The notes: a model not told the origin generated them from the sequence alone. Shown: positions 1 through 7,534, counted from the whole stretch's first letter. The stretch: 9,586 nucleotides of DNA, filler included, from an uncultured virus (IMG/VR IMGVR_UViG_2049941000_000289) (6 parts of one record of this genome joined end to end with filler, not necessarily neighbours in it), one strand, 5' to 3'. A program made the numbers and translations.

Positions 1-888
1 GAAATGATCCGGATGCTCTGCAAAATGCTGACGGATTGAAGCCGTAAGCGCTAGACGCAGATCGGAATCGATATTGATCTTGCAGACAGCCATACGCGCG
101 GCTTCACGAAGCTGAGACTCGGGAATACCGACCGCGTCCGGCATTTTTCCGCCATACTGGTTGATGATCTTGACGAACTCCTGCGGAACGGAAGAAGAAC
201 CATGCAGAACAATCGGGAATCCCGGGAGGCGTTTCTCGACTTCCCGGAGAATGTCGAAACGGAGAGGAGGAGGAATGAGGATGCCGTTCTCATCGCGGGT
301 GCACTGCTTGGCGGTGAACTTGTATGCTCCGTGGCTGGTTCCGATGGCGATCGCGAGAGAGTCGCAGCCGGTGCGCTCAACAAATTCCTGAACGTCTTCG
401 GGACGGGTGTATGAAGAGTCCTCGGCGGAAACATTGACTTCGTCCTCAACACCGGCGAGGGTGCCGAGCTCGGCTTCGACGACGACACCGTGATCGTGGG
501 CATATTCTACGACCTGCTTTGTAATACGGATATTCTCATCAAAGGGCAGACCGGACTTGTCAATCATGACAGAGGTGAAGCCGCCGTCGATACAACTCTT
601 GCAGAGTTCAAAAGAATCACCGTGATCAAGATGTACACAGATAGGAAGATCAAATCCTGCGTTCTGCTCCGCGTCTTCGATGGCTGCTTCGATCAGCTTC
701 ATCAGATAGATATGGTTCGCATAAGCGCGGGCGCCCTTGGAAACCTGAAGAATCAGAGGGGCGTGTTCTTCGATCGCCGCCGCAGTGATGCCCTGGATGA
801 TTTCCATGTTGTTGACGTTGAACGCACCGATCGCGTAACCACCGTCATAAGCTTTTTTGAACATTTCTCTACTTGTTACAATGGCCAT
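1..888 (-). CDS. fba: Class II (metal-dependent) fructose-1,6-bisphosphate aldolase, 3' end runs off the window
   Basis: Manual translation of the reverse strand from ATG at 888 gives MAIVTSREMFKKAYDGGYAIGAFNVNNME...LPICVHLDHG...GFTSVMID...VEAELGTLAGVED...DSLAIAIGTSHGAYK...PIVLHGSSS...KINIDSDLR. These are the class II FBA motifs with the metal-binding His residues. SD AAGGAG lies at 900-895. The frame is open to base 1, so the ORF track missed it (no stop in window). Confidence 0.97.
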   Translation of the reverse strand, partial: MAIVTSREMFKKAYDGGYAIGAFNVNNMEIIQGITAAAIEEHAPLILQVSKGARAYANHIYLMKLIEAAIEDAEQNAGFDLPICVHLDHGDSFELCKSCIDGGFTSVMIDKSGLPFDENIRITKQVVEYAHDHGVVVEAELGTLAGVEDEVNVSAEDSSYTRPEDVQEFVERTGCDSLAIAIGTSHGAYKFTAKQCTRDENGILIPPPLRFDILREVEKRLPGFPIVLHGSSSVPQEFVKIINQYGGKMPDAVGIPESQLREAARMAVCKINIDSDLRLALTASIRQHFAEHPDHF

Positions 889-920
889 ATTTTGCTCCTT
901 TTCAAAATAAATTCAAGATA

Positions 921-949
921 ATTATAAACGTTTGGGGTATGAATTGCAA
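921..949 (-). promoter_or_regulatory. Sigma-A/70 promoter for fba (-35 TTGCAA 949-944, 17-bp spacer, -10 TATAAT 926-921)
   Basis: Plus-strand ATTATA at 921-926 reads TATAAT on the minus strand, exactly 17 bp from the palindromic TTGCAA at 944-949. The predicted start (~914) lies upstream of the fba SD. Confidence 0.8.
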
Positions 950-972
950 TATTTACTTTTTCAGGGTATAAT
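944..972 (+). promoter_or_regulatory. Sigma-A/70 promoter for the GT2 gene (-35 TTGCAA 944-949, 17-bp spacer, -10 TATAAT 967-972)
   Basis: TTGCAA-N17-TATAAT read directly. The predicted start (~979) precedes SD GGAGG (990-994) and ATG 1003. Confidence 0.8.
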
Positions 973-1002
973 ATGCAGGAATCTAATCGGGAGGGAAACT
1001 CC

Positions 1003-1951
1003 ATGCAGCCCAAGATGCTTTCTTTGATTGTTCCGGTCTATTTTGAGGAAGAGGTCCTTCCGGAATCCTATCGCCGGATGGATGCGGTCATGCGTTCGAT
1101 CGGCATCCCATATGAGATCATTTATGTCAATGACGGAAGCCGTGACGGCACCATGCGGATTCTCCGGAGCCTTGCAGGCGAGCACCCTGAGGTGAAGGTA
1201 TTCTCTTTCTCGCGCAATTTCGGCCATCAGCTGGCAGTTACGTGCGGAATGGATCATGCGAAGGGAGATGCCCTGATCATCATCGATGTCGATCTGCAGG
1301 ATCCTCCCGAACTGATCCCCAAAATGGTAAAGATGTGGCAGGACGGCGCGGATATCGTGTACGGGAAACGTGTCAGAAGGGAAGGGGAGACGCTGTTCAA
1401 GAAGATCACCGCGTCGCTGTATTACCGGATACTGTCTTCCATGAGCGCATATCCCATACCCCTTGATACGGGCGATTTCAGACTCATAGACAGAAAAGTC
1501 GCTGATGTATTTCTGAAGATGCGGGAATCCGCAAGATTTCTCCGCGGAATGTCCGCATGGATGGGCTTTGAAGCAATCCCATTGGAGTATGTCCGGCAGG
1601 AACGAGCTGCCGGACACACGAAATATACGCTCAAGAAGATGCTCAAGCTTGCAGAAGACGGCATTCTGAACTTTTCGTCCACTCCAATCGAGATGCCGCT
1701 GTATTTCGGGATTGAGCTTGGCGTTCTAGGGATTCTCGGACTGNNNNNNNNNNACCGCCGTGTTCAAAAGTGCGTGTCCGCAATGGCTGTGGCTGGCTGT
1801 CGGCTTCTCTATTCTGCTTGCAGTTCTCTTCGGGTTTCAGGGCGTTCAGGGAATGTATCTCGGGCGTATGTACGATGAGTTGAAAGATCGCCCGCTTTAT
1901 ATCGTCGCCGAATCGTTGAACACGGATGAGGACAGCGGAAACGAGCGCTGA
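1003..1951 (+). CDS. GT2 family polyprenyl-phosphate glycosyltransferase, GtrB/CsbB/YkcC-like; frame broken only by the 10-N gap at 1744-1753
   Basis: Motifs LSLIVPVYFEEE, YVNDGSRDGT, FSRNFGHQLAVTCG, IIDVDLQDPPELIPKM and DTGDFRLIDRKV. Two C-terminal hydrophobic segments are followed by GMYLGRMYDELKDRPLYIV (in ORF 1760-1951), the typical GtrB-like tail. Start 1003 is preferred over 973 because of SD GGAGG at 990-994 and because ATG 973 abuts the -10 box. Confidence 0.92.
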
Positions 1952-1986
1952 AACCTGGCCTTCCTCGCTATAGGAGAACCAGTTTT
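1951..1986 (+). terminator. Imperfect hairpin, possible weak terminator after the GT2 gene
   Basis: CTGG..TTCCT-cgctat-AGGAG..CCAG followed by TTTT. The stem has an internal mismatch and the U tract is short. Confidence 0.3.
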
Positions 1987-1990
1987 CCGC

Positions 1991-2019
1991 TTGACATCAT
2001 TCGGGGCGGCGCATATAAT
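1991..2019 (+). promoter_or_regulatory. Perfect consensus sigma-A promoter driving the T-box/hisS transcript
   Basis: TTGACA (1991-1996), 17 bp, TATAAT (2014-2019), immediately upstream of T-box stem I. Confidence 0.93.
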
Positions 2020-2027
2020 CTATAAAA

Positions 2028-2256
2028 GGCAATGAGCGGAAGAGTAACCGTTGCATGGGTTCTCAAGAGAGTGTTCCCCAGGCTGAAAGGAGCGCGGATC
2101 CAAGGCGGCGAACGACACCCGTGAGCCGCATGCAGGAAATGGCATGCCGCGTATCCGCGTTATCGGAAAAAGTGCGTAGGATGATGGAGTCTTACGAAAC
2201 AGGGTGGCACCGCGGGCTTTCCGTCCCTTTCGATGGAAGGTCCGTGTTTATTATTT
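2028..2256 (+). ncRNA. T-box riboswitch leader (transcription attenuation), Asp specificity (specifier GAC)
   Basis: Stem I at 2028-2127 has GA/K-turn motifs (GGCAATGA...TGAGCC), loop-E AGTA/GAA, an AGAGA bulge and a GCTGAAA distal loop. Specifier GAC is at 2114-2116, followed by A. Stem II is GCATGC...GCATGC (2128-2147), followed by an F-box-like CGCGTTA and stem III GTAGGA/TCTTAC. The T-box is AGGGTGGCACCGCG (2201-2214) with the antiterminator closing at CGTCCCT (to 2228). Confidence 0.95.
2212..2256 (+). terminator. Leader (attenuator) terminator of the T-box
   Basis: GCGGGCTTTCCGTC pairs with GATGGAAGGTCCGT (14 bp including G-U pairs), followed by GTTTATTATTT. It overlaps, and is mutually exclusive with, the antiterminator. 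Confidence 0.85.
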
Positions 2257-2269
2257 GAAGGAGATTACT

Positions 2270-2703
2270 ATGGCTTACAAAGCACCCAAAGGAACGAAGG
2301 ACGTGCTTCCGGAGGAAAGCTACCGGTGGCAGTATCTGGAGAACATGATCCGGCAGATCGTGAAAAAATACGGCCTGCTGGAAGCGCGTACACCTTGCAT
2401 CGAGCATACAGAATTGTTTTTGAGAGGTGTCGGCGGCACTACGGATATCGTGCAGAAAGAGATGTATACGTTCACGGATAAGGGCGAGAGGAGCATCACG
2501 CTCAAGCCAGAGGGAACAGCGGGAGCAGTCAGAATGTTTATCGAGAACGGCCTGTTTGCGGAAGCCCAGCCGACGAAGATGTATTATCTTTATTGCCCTG
2601 TGTTTCGCTATGAACGGCCGCAGGCAGGAAGACTGCGCGAGCATCATCAGTTCGGTGTCGAAGTATTCGGCGCACCTCAGCCTTCCGCAGATGCCGAGAT
2701 GGT
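2270..2703 (+). CDS. hisS: Histidyl-tRNA synthetase, N-terminal ~145 aa (truncated by gap)
   Basis: SD AAGGAG at 2258-2263 and ATG at 2270. Sequence [14 protein letters not shown]...[45 protein letters not shown]...[20 protein letters not shown] matches HisRS motif 1 and motif 2. Confidence 0.96.
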
Positions 2704-2837
2704 NNNNNNNNNNGTATAGCACGGAAATCAGCAAGTGAGAATAGCGTTTTTGCGGGGGATGAAGTCCTTGGAATCGCCGAACGCACTGTCAGTCATTATC
2801 GAGTGCTTCTCCCATGTTTCAGACGAGAAACGCGTCC

Positions 2838-2937
2838 NNNNNNNNNNNNNNNNNNNNNNNNNNNNNNNNNNNNNNNNNNNNTTAATTAATTAANNNNNNN
2901 NNNNNNNNNNNNNNNNNNNNNNNNNNNNNNNNNNNNN
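2838..2937. other. Artificial contig spacer N44-TTAATTAATTAA-N44
   Basis: The 12-mer at 2882-2893 has stops in all six frames and is flanked by 44 N on each side. It is identical to four other copies. Confidence 0.98.
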
Positions 2938-2938
2938 C

Positions 2939-4334
2939 GATCAGGATACCCTTTCACCGGATACATTTAAGAAAGCGAGCACGATCCGTTCGGAGTACGT
3001 TCTTGCAGTGCGTGGGACTCTGTCCCTGCGTACGGGAAATATGATCAACCCGAACATGAAAACCGGCGAGGTCGAGGTACTGGTCCGCGAATTCAAGATC
3101 CTTTCCGATGCCGAGACGCCGCCGATCGATACGAGCGACAACTGCAACGCGAGCGAACTGACCCGGCTGAAATACCGGTATCTTGATCTGAGACGCCCGT
3201 ATATGCAGAAGAACCTGATCATGCGCAGCAGGATCGCGAATATAGCTCGGCAGTATTTTTTAGAGAACGGCTTTATCGAAGTCGAGACGCCCGTTCTGAC
3301 CAAGAGCACCCCGGAAGGCGCGCGGGACTATCTGGTTCCGAGCAGGATACATCCCGGTGCGTTCTATGCGCTGCCGCAGAGTCCGCAGCTGTTCAAGCAA
3401 CTGCTGATGCTGTCCGGCTTCGACCGCTATATCCAGATCGCCCGCTGCTTCCGCGACGAGGATCTGAGAGCGGACCGCCAGCCTGACTTCACACAGATCG
3501 ACCTGGAGATGTCGTTCGTGGAAGAAGACGATGTCATGGCGATGAACGAGGGCTTCCTAAAGCGGCTGTTTAAGGAGACCTTGAATTATGAAGTCAAGCT
3601 TCNNNNNNNNNNCGGCTCGGATAAGCCGGACGTTCGGTTCGGAATGGAGCTGAAGGACCTGTCCGAAGCGCTGAAGAACAGCGCGTTCTCCGTTTTCCAG
3701 AACGCGCTCTCAAACGGCGGAAGCGTTCGCGGCATCGTTGCGAAAAACGCTTCAAAGCAGTTCTCCCGCAAGGAGATCGATGCTCTTGGAGAATTCGTGA
3801 AGACTTACCGCGCAAAGGGACTTATCTGGATGAACTGGAAAGAGGAAGGACTGCAGTCGCCTGTCGCCAAGTTCCTTACAGAGGACGAGATCGAAGCGCT
3901 CAAGCAAGCCGCTGATTTCGAAAGAGGCGATGTCCTGTTTATCGTTGCTGATCAAAACGAAGTCGTATGGCAGTCTCTCGGTGCGCTCCGGCTGAAGCTC
4001 GGCGAGAAGTTAGGCCTGATTCCAAAGGATGACTACAAGCTCCTGTGGGTCGTCGAATTCCCGCAGCTTGAATGGAGCGAGGAAGAGAACCGTTATGTGG
4101 CTATGCATCACCCCTTCACAAGCCCGATGGACGAGGATATTCCGAAGCTGGATACAGATCCCGGTTCCGTTCGTGCGAAGGCGTACGATATCGTGCTGAA
4201 CGGCAACGAGATCGGCGGAGGGTCGATCCGAATCCATTCCAGCGAGCTTCAGAAAAAGATGTTCGAGGTCATCGGCCTGACTGCAGAACAGGCGAACGCG
4301 AGATTCAAGTTCCTGCTTGAAGCGCTTAAGTACG
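2939..4334 (+). CDS. aspS: Aspartyl-tRNA synthetase (bacterial type with GAD insertion), internal fragment lacking both termini; 10-N gap at 3603-3612
   Basis: [51 protein letters not shown], motif 2 [56 protein letters not shown]. It ends at FLLEALKY, just before the expected GAPPHGG/motif 3. Confidence 0.97.
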
Positions 4335-5029
4335 NNNNNNNNNNNNNNNNNNNNNNNNNNNNNNNNNNNNNNNNNNNNNNNNNNNNNNNNNNNNNNNNNN
4401 NNNNNNNNNNNNNNNNNNNNNNNNNNNNNNNNNNNNNNNNNNNNNNNNNNNNNNNNNNNNNNNNNNNNNNNNNNNNNNNNNNNNNNNNNNNNNNNNNNNN
4501 NNNNNNNNNNNNNNNNNNNNNNNNNNNNNNNNNNNNNNNNNNNNNNNNNNNNNNNNNNNNNNNNNNNNNNNNNNNNNNNNNNNNNNNNNNNNNNNNNNNN
4601 NNNNNNNNNNNNNNNNNNNNNNNNNNNNNNNNNNNNNNNNNNNNNNNNNNNNNNNNNNNNNNNNNNNNNNNNNNNNNNNNNNNNNNNNNNNNNNNNNNNN
4701 NNNNNNNNNNNNNNNNNNNNNNNNNNNNNNNNNNNNNNNNNNNNNNNNNNNNNNNNNNNNNNNNNNNNNNNNNNNNNNNNNNNNNNNNNNNNNNNNNNNN
4801 NNNNNNNNNNNNNNNNNNNNNNNNNNNNNNNNNNNNNNNNNNNNNNNNNNNNNNNNNNNNNNNNNNNNNNNNNNNNNNNNNNNNNNNNNNNNNNNNNNNN
4901 NNNNNNNNNNNNNNNNNNNNNNNNNNNNNNNNNNNNNNNNNNNNNNNNNNNNNNNNNNNNNNNNNNNNNNNNNNNNNNNNNNNNNNNNNNNNNNNNNNNN
5001 NNNNNNNNNNNNNNNNNNNNNNNNNNNNN
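4335..5029. other. Scaffold gap (~695 N) between the aspS and tyrS fragments
   Basis: A run of N without the spacer 12-mer, so probably a size-estimated intra-scaffold gap. Confidence 0.9.
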
Positions 5030-5786
5030 AATTATGTTGACCTGCTCCGAGAGGTCGGCGCATGCTTTTCCGTGAACAACATGCTGCGTGCCGAGTGCTA
5101 CAAGCAGCGCATGGAGAAAGGTCTGTCCTTTCTTGAGTTCAATTATATGATCATGCAGTCCTATGACTTCTATTATCTGTTTCAGAACTATGGTTGCAAC
5201 ATGCAGTTCGGAGGGGACGACCAGTGGAGCAACATGCTCGGCGGCACGGAACTGATCAGGCGCAAGCTCGGAGAAGATGCGCATGCCATGACGATCACGC
5301 TCCTGACGGATTCGCAGGGCAAGAAAATGGGAAAGACAGCGGGCAATGCTGTCTGGCTTGATGCAAACAAGACCAGTCCGTTCGAATTCTATCAGTACTG
5401 GCGCAACGTGGATGATGCGGATGTTATGAAGTGCATTCGGATGCTGACATTCATTCCGATCGAGGAGATTGAAAAGATGGACCAATGGGATCCGTCCCGA
5501 ATCAACGAGAAGAAGGAACTGCTGGCATATGAACTGACGAAACTGGTCCACGGCGCGGAGGAAGCGGAGAAGGCGAAAGCTGCAGCAAGAGCGCTGTTCT
5601 CCGGCGAGGGGGATGACAGCAGTATGCCGACCACCGAGGTCGACGTCGGTCCGGATGGGATCAATATCATCGATTTGATGTTAATCTGCGGTCTTGCATC
5701 GAGCAGAGGCGAAGTGCGCCGGCTCATCCAGCAGGGGGGCGTATCCCTTGACGGGAGAAGGTTTCCGATACCTATCAGATGGTCTC
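5030..5786 (+). CDS. tyrS: Tyrosyl-tRNA synthetase, C-terminal two-thirds (both ends truncated; probable 1-nt deletion near 5753-5755)
   Basis: GLSFLEFNYMIMQSYDF, QFGGDDQWSN, KMSKS-type KMGKT, AVWLDANKTSPFEFYQYWRN, and the S4-like domain GLASSRGEVRRLIQQGGVSLDG. Confidence 0.97.
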
Positions 5787-5886
5787 NNNNNNNNNNNNNN
5801 NNNNNNNNNNNNNNNNNNNNNNNNNNNNNNTTAATTAATTAANNNNNNNNNNNNNNNNNNNNNNNNNNNNNNNNNNNNNNNNNNNN
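5787..5886. other. Artificial contig spacer
   Basis: Same 100-nt structure, 12-mer at 5831-5842. Confidence 0.98.
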
Positions 5887-5908
5887 ATATTTTCGGAGGG
5901 AATCCCAC

Positions 5909-6221
5909 ATGAAACTGTCGGACGGCATCTTTTTTGATCTCGGCGGAACGCTTCGCCTTGAGATCAAGGATAAAGCTTATCAGGATGCCGCAAAAAAAGA
6001 ACTTCATGCAATGATCCGCCCCGACTGCGATGTGGAAACCTTCTACAATGTGATCACAACACGCTTCGCGATCTATAAATCATGGGCAGTCAACACGCGT
6101 CGCGAGGTAGGGGATGAGTTGCTCTGGGGACTGTTCCTGCAGCCTGATCTGGACAAGAAATGGGTCAAAGCGAACTGCCATGATCTGACACTGGTTTTCC
6201 GTAAAACGAAGGGCCGCCGCG
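5909..6221 (+). CDS. HAD-superfamily (subfamily IA-like) hydrolase, N-terminal fragment
   Basis: SD GGAGG upstream of ATG 5909. N-terminal IFFDLGGTL is a HAD motif I variant (DxGxT), followed by a predicted helical cap. Truncated by a spacer. Confidence 0.7.
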
Positions 6222-6321
6222 NNNNNNNNNNNNNNNNNNNNNNNNNNNNNNNNNNNNNNNNNNNNTTAATTAATTAANNNNNNNNNNNNNNNNNNNNNNN
6301 NNNNNNNNNNNNNNNNNNNNN
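6222..6321. other. Artificial contig spacer
   Basis: Same 100-nt structure, 12-mer at 6266-6277. Confidence 0.98.
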
Positions 6322-6738
6322 GAACCGGTTCAGACGACCGGTGAGATGCTGTTTGCACCGAAAACAGTACCGGATGCCAGACTTGCCGGTTATTTCAACA
6401 TTGCCGGGATCGAACGCCTCAAACCCAAAGAGATCTTTGTACCAAAGTGGGGAGCCGTGTTTCCGGACAGCAGGGAGGATCCACTGCTGGAAGCGGTCTG
6501 CGTTCCGGAAGACGCATTGATCCGGACGGAGAAGGAAGCTCCAGGCTCGTTTCCCTGCGTGGTTTCGGAACAGATCGAAAGGGAATCGGGAGATGCACTG
6601 CTTCTGCATCCTTTGCGGGGGGATTCCGAAACGCTCCTCATGATGGACGGAAATGTCCGTGATTTGCATACAAATGACGTGATCTGGATATCGGTGACGG
6701 AAAATCGACTGCTCTATTTAGCAAAGAACGCTATTTAG
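6322..6738 (+). CDS. C-terminal part of an ABC transporter ATP-binding subunit (ModC/CysA-like with TOBE-like tail)
   Basis: The frame is open from the block edge: EPVQTTGEMLFAPKTVPDARLAGYFNI resembles the post-ATPase 'elf..P.t...A.l.G..N' segment, and the beta-rich tail ends DVIWISVTENRLLYL. The Walker motifs are not in the window, so the substrate is unassigned. Confidence 0.6.
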   Translation, partial: EPVQTTGEMLFAPKTVPDARLAGYFNIAGIERLKPKEIFVPKWGAVFPDSREDPLLEAVCVPEDALIRTEKEAPGSFPCVVSEQIERESGDALLLHPLRGDSETLLMMDGNVRDLHTNDVIWISVTENRLLYLAKNAI

Positions 6739-6753
6739 AACAAACATTTGCAC

Positions 6754-6853
6754 NNNNNNNNNNNNNNNNNNNNNNNNNNNNNNNNNNNNNNNNNNNNTTA
6801 ATTAATTAANNNNNNNNNNNNNNNNNNNNNNNNNNNNNNNNNNNNNNNNNNNN
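6754..6853. other. Artificial contig spacer
   Basis: Same 100-nt structure, 12-mer at 6798-6809. Confidence 0.98.
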
Positions 6854-7222
6854 AATGTCAGCTGGTGTTTCTTCAGAGAGCCGGGATTTGCGCTCCGTCT
6901 CCTGGAGGCAATGAGAAGCGACAGTCTTCATTTCACGCTGGATATCAAGCAGGCGATCAGGAGCGGGGCTGATCCGTTGTCATTCGTGGATGCACTCGGT
7001 ACGAGAATCGATGCGGTACACTGCTGCGACTGCCGTGTGGAAAACGGAACGATCCAGTATCTCCTCCCACCGTACGGAGGTTTTGACTTTAAGGGCATGA
7101 TCGACGCACTCAAGAAGAAGGGGTTTGATGGCGACGTTCTCATGGAAGTGTACAGTGATATGTATGGAAGCGATGAAGAACTCAGAGATTCGTTTTATGC
7201 ATTTCAGAAGGCTATTCTGTAG
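6854..7222 (+). CDS. Sugar-phosphate isomerase/epimerase (xylose isomerase-like/AP endonuclease 2 TIM barrel), C-terminal fragment
   Basis: The frame is open from the block edge: (E)NVSWCF...HFTLDIKQA...IDAVHCCD...LLPPYGGFDFKGMIDALKKKGFDGDVLMEVY carries the E/D/H/E metal-site pattern of this family. Confidence 0.8.
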   Translation, partial: NVSWCFFREPGFALRLLEAMRSDSLHFTLDIKQAIRSGADPLSFVDALGTRIDAVHCCDCRVENGTIQYLLPPYGGFDFKGMIDALKKKGFDGDVLMEVYSDMYGSDEELRDSFYAFQKAIL

Positions 7223-7434
7223 ATTAGTGTTATGGACTATCAGAACAAAGTTCGATCGCAGCAGAAGAAGGTACGGTATCCCATGGTGAGAACGGAAGGA
7301 TGAAAGTGAACGGGGAAGAGCCTTGCACAATGAAAGCGATCGAAGGCATGAAGGCAAAACGTGGCAGCACGCAATAATGCAGATTGTCTTTTGATCAGGA
7401 TGTATCGCCGAAAAAGAAGAAGGAGAAAATCATC

Positions 7435-7534
7435 NNNNNNNNNNNNNNNNNNNNNNNNNNNNNNNNNNNNNNNNNNNNTTAATTAATTAANNNNNNNNNN
7501 NNNNNNNNNNNNNNNNNNNNNNNNNNNNNNNNNN
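7435..7534. other. Artificial contig spacer
   Basis: Same 100-nt structure, 12-mer at 7479-7490. Confidence 0.98.

Noticed and set aside
51..921. ORF-track calls 51-503(-), 161-391(+), 202-414(+) and 490-921(+)
   Set aside because: These are shadow frames overlapping the real fba gene (888 to <1), with no motifs or SD.
973..1002. ATG 973 as the GT2 start
   Set aside because: It lies immediately after the -10 box and upstream of the predicted TSS, with no SD. ATG 1003 has GGAGG at normal spacing.
1744..1951. GT2 pseudogene or separate 63-aa gene (1760-1951)
   Set aside because: The frame change coincides with a placeholder 10-N gap, and the 63-aa ORF is the conserved GtrB-like C-terminus.
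2055..2269. 67-aa ORF 2055-2258 as a leader peptide, and GTG 2204 as the hisS start
   Set aside because: The region is fully explained by the T-box RNA. GTG 2204 lies inside the T-box motif, and the true start is ATG 2270 with SD AAGGAG.
3020..3070. Calling AspRS discriminating versus non-discriminating from the anticodon-domain loop ([11 protein letters not shown])
   Set aside because: The N-terminal diagnostic residue is missing from the window and the loop alignment is ambiguous by eye.
4010..5551. Long antisense ORFs over aspS/tyrS, and similar ones over GT2, hisS and the tail gene
   Set aside because: These are antisense shadows of codon-biased genes, inflated by N runs, with no recognisable motifs.
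3008..5842. 944-aa ORF that looks like an AspRS-TyrRS fusion
   Set aside because: The frame is carried through ~695 N. The gap has room for the AspRS end, a stop, an intergenic region and the TyrRS start, and sharing a frame has a 1-in-3 chance.
5887..7434. HAD + ABC ATPase + isomerase as a sugar-utilisation operon
   Set aside because: Each lies in a separate block between artificial spacers, so adjacency and co-orientation are not evidence of linkage.
2882..7490. Five copies of TTAATTAATTAA as a biological repeat or CRISPR-like array
   Set aside because: Each copy is centred in exactly 44+44 N and has stops in all six frames, so it is a synthetic contig linker. The ORFs ending in '...LIN' terminate on it.
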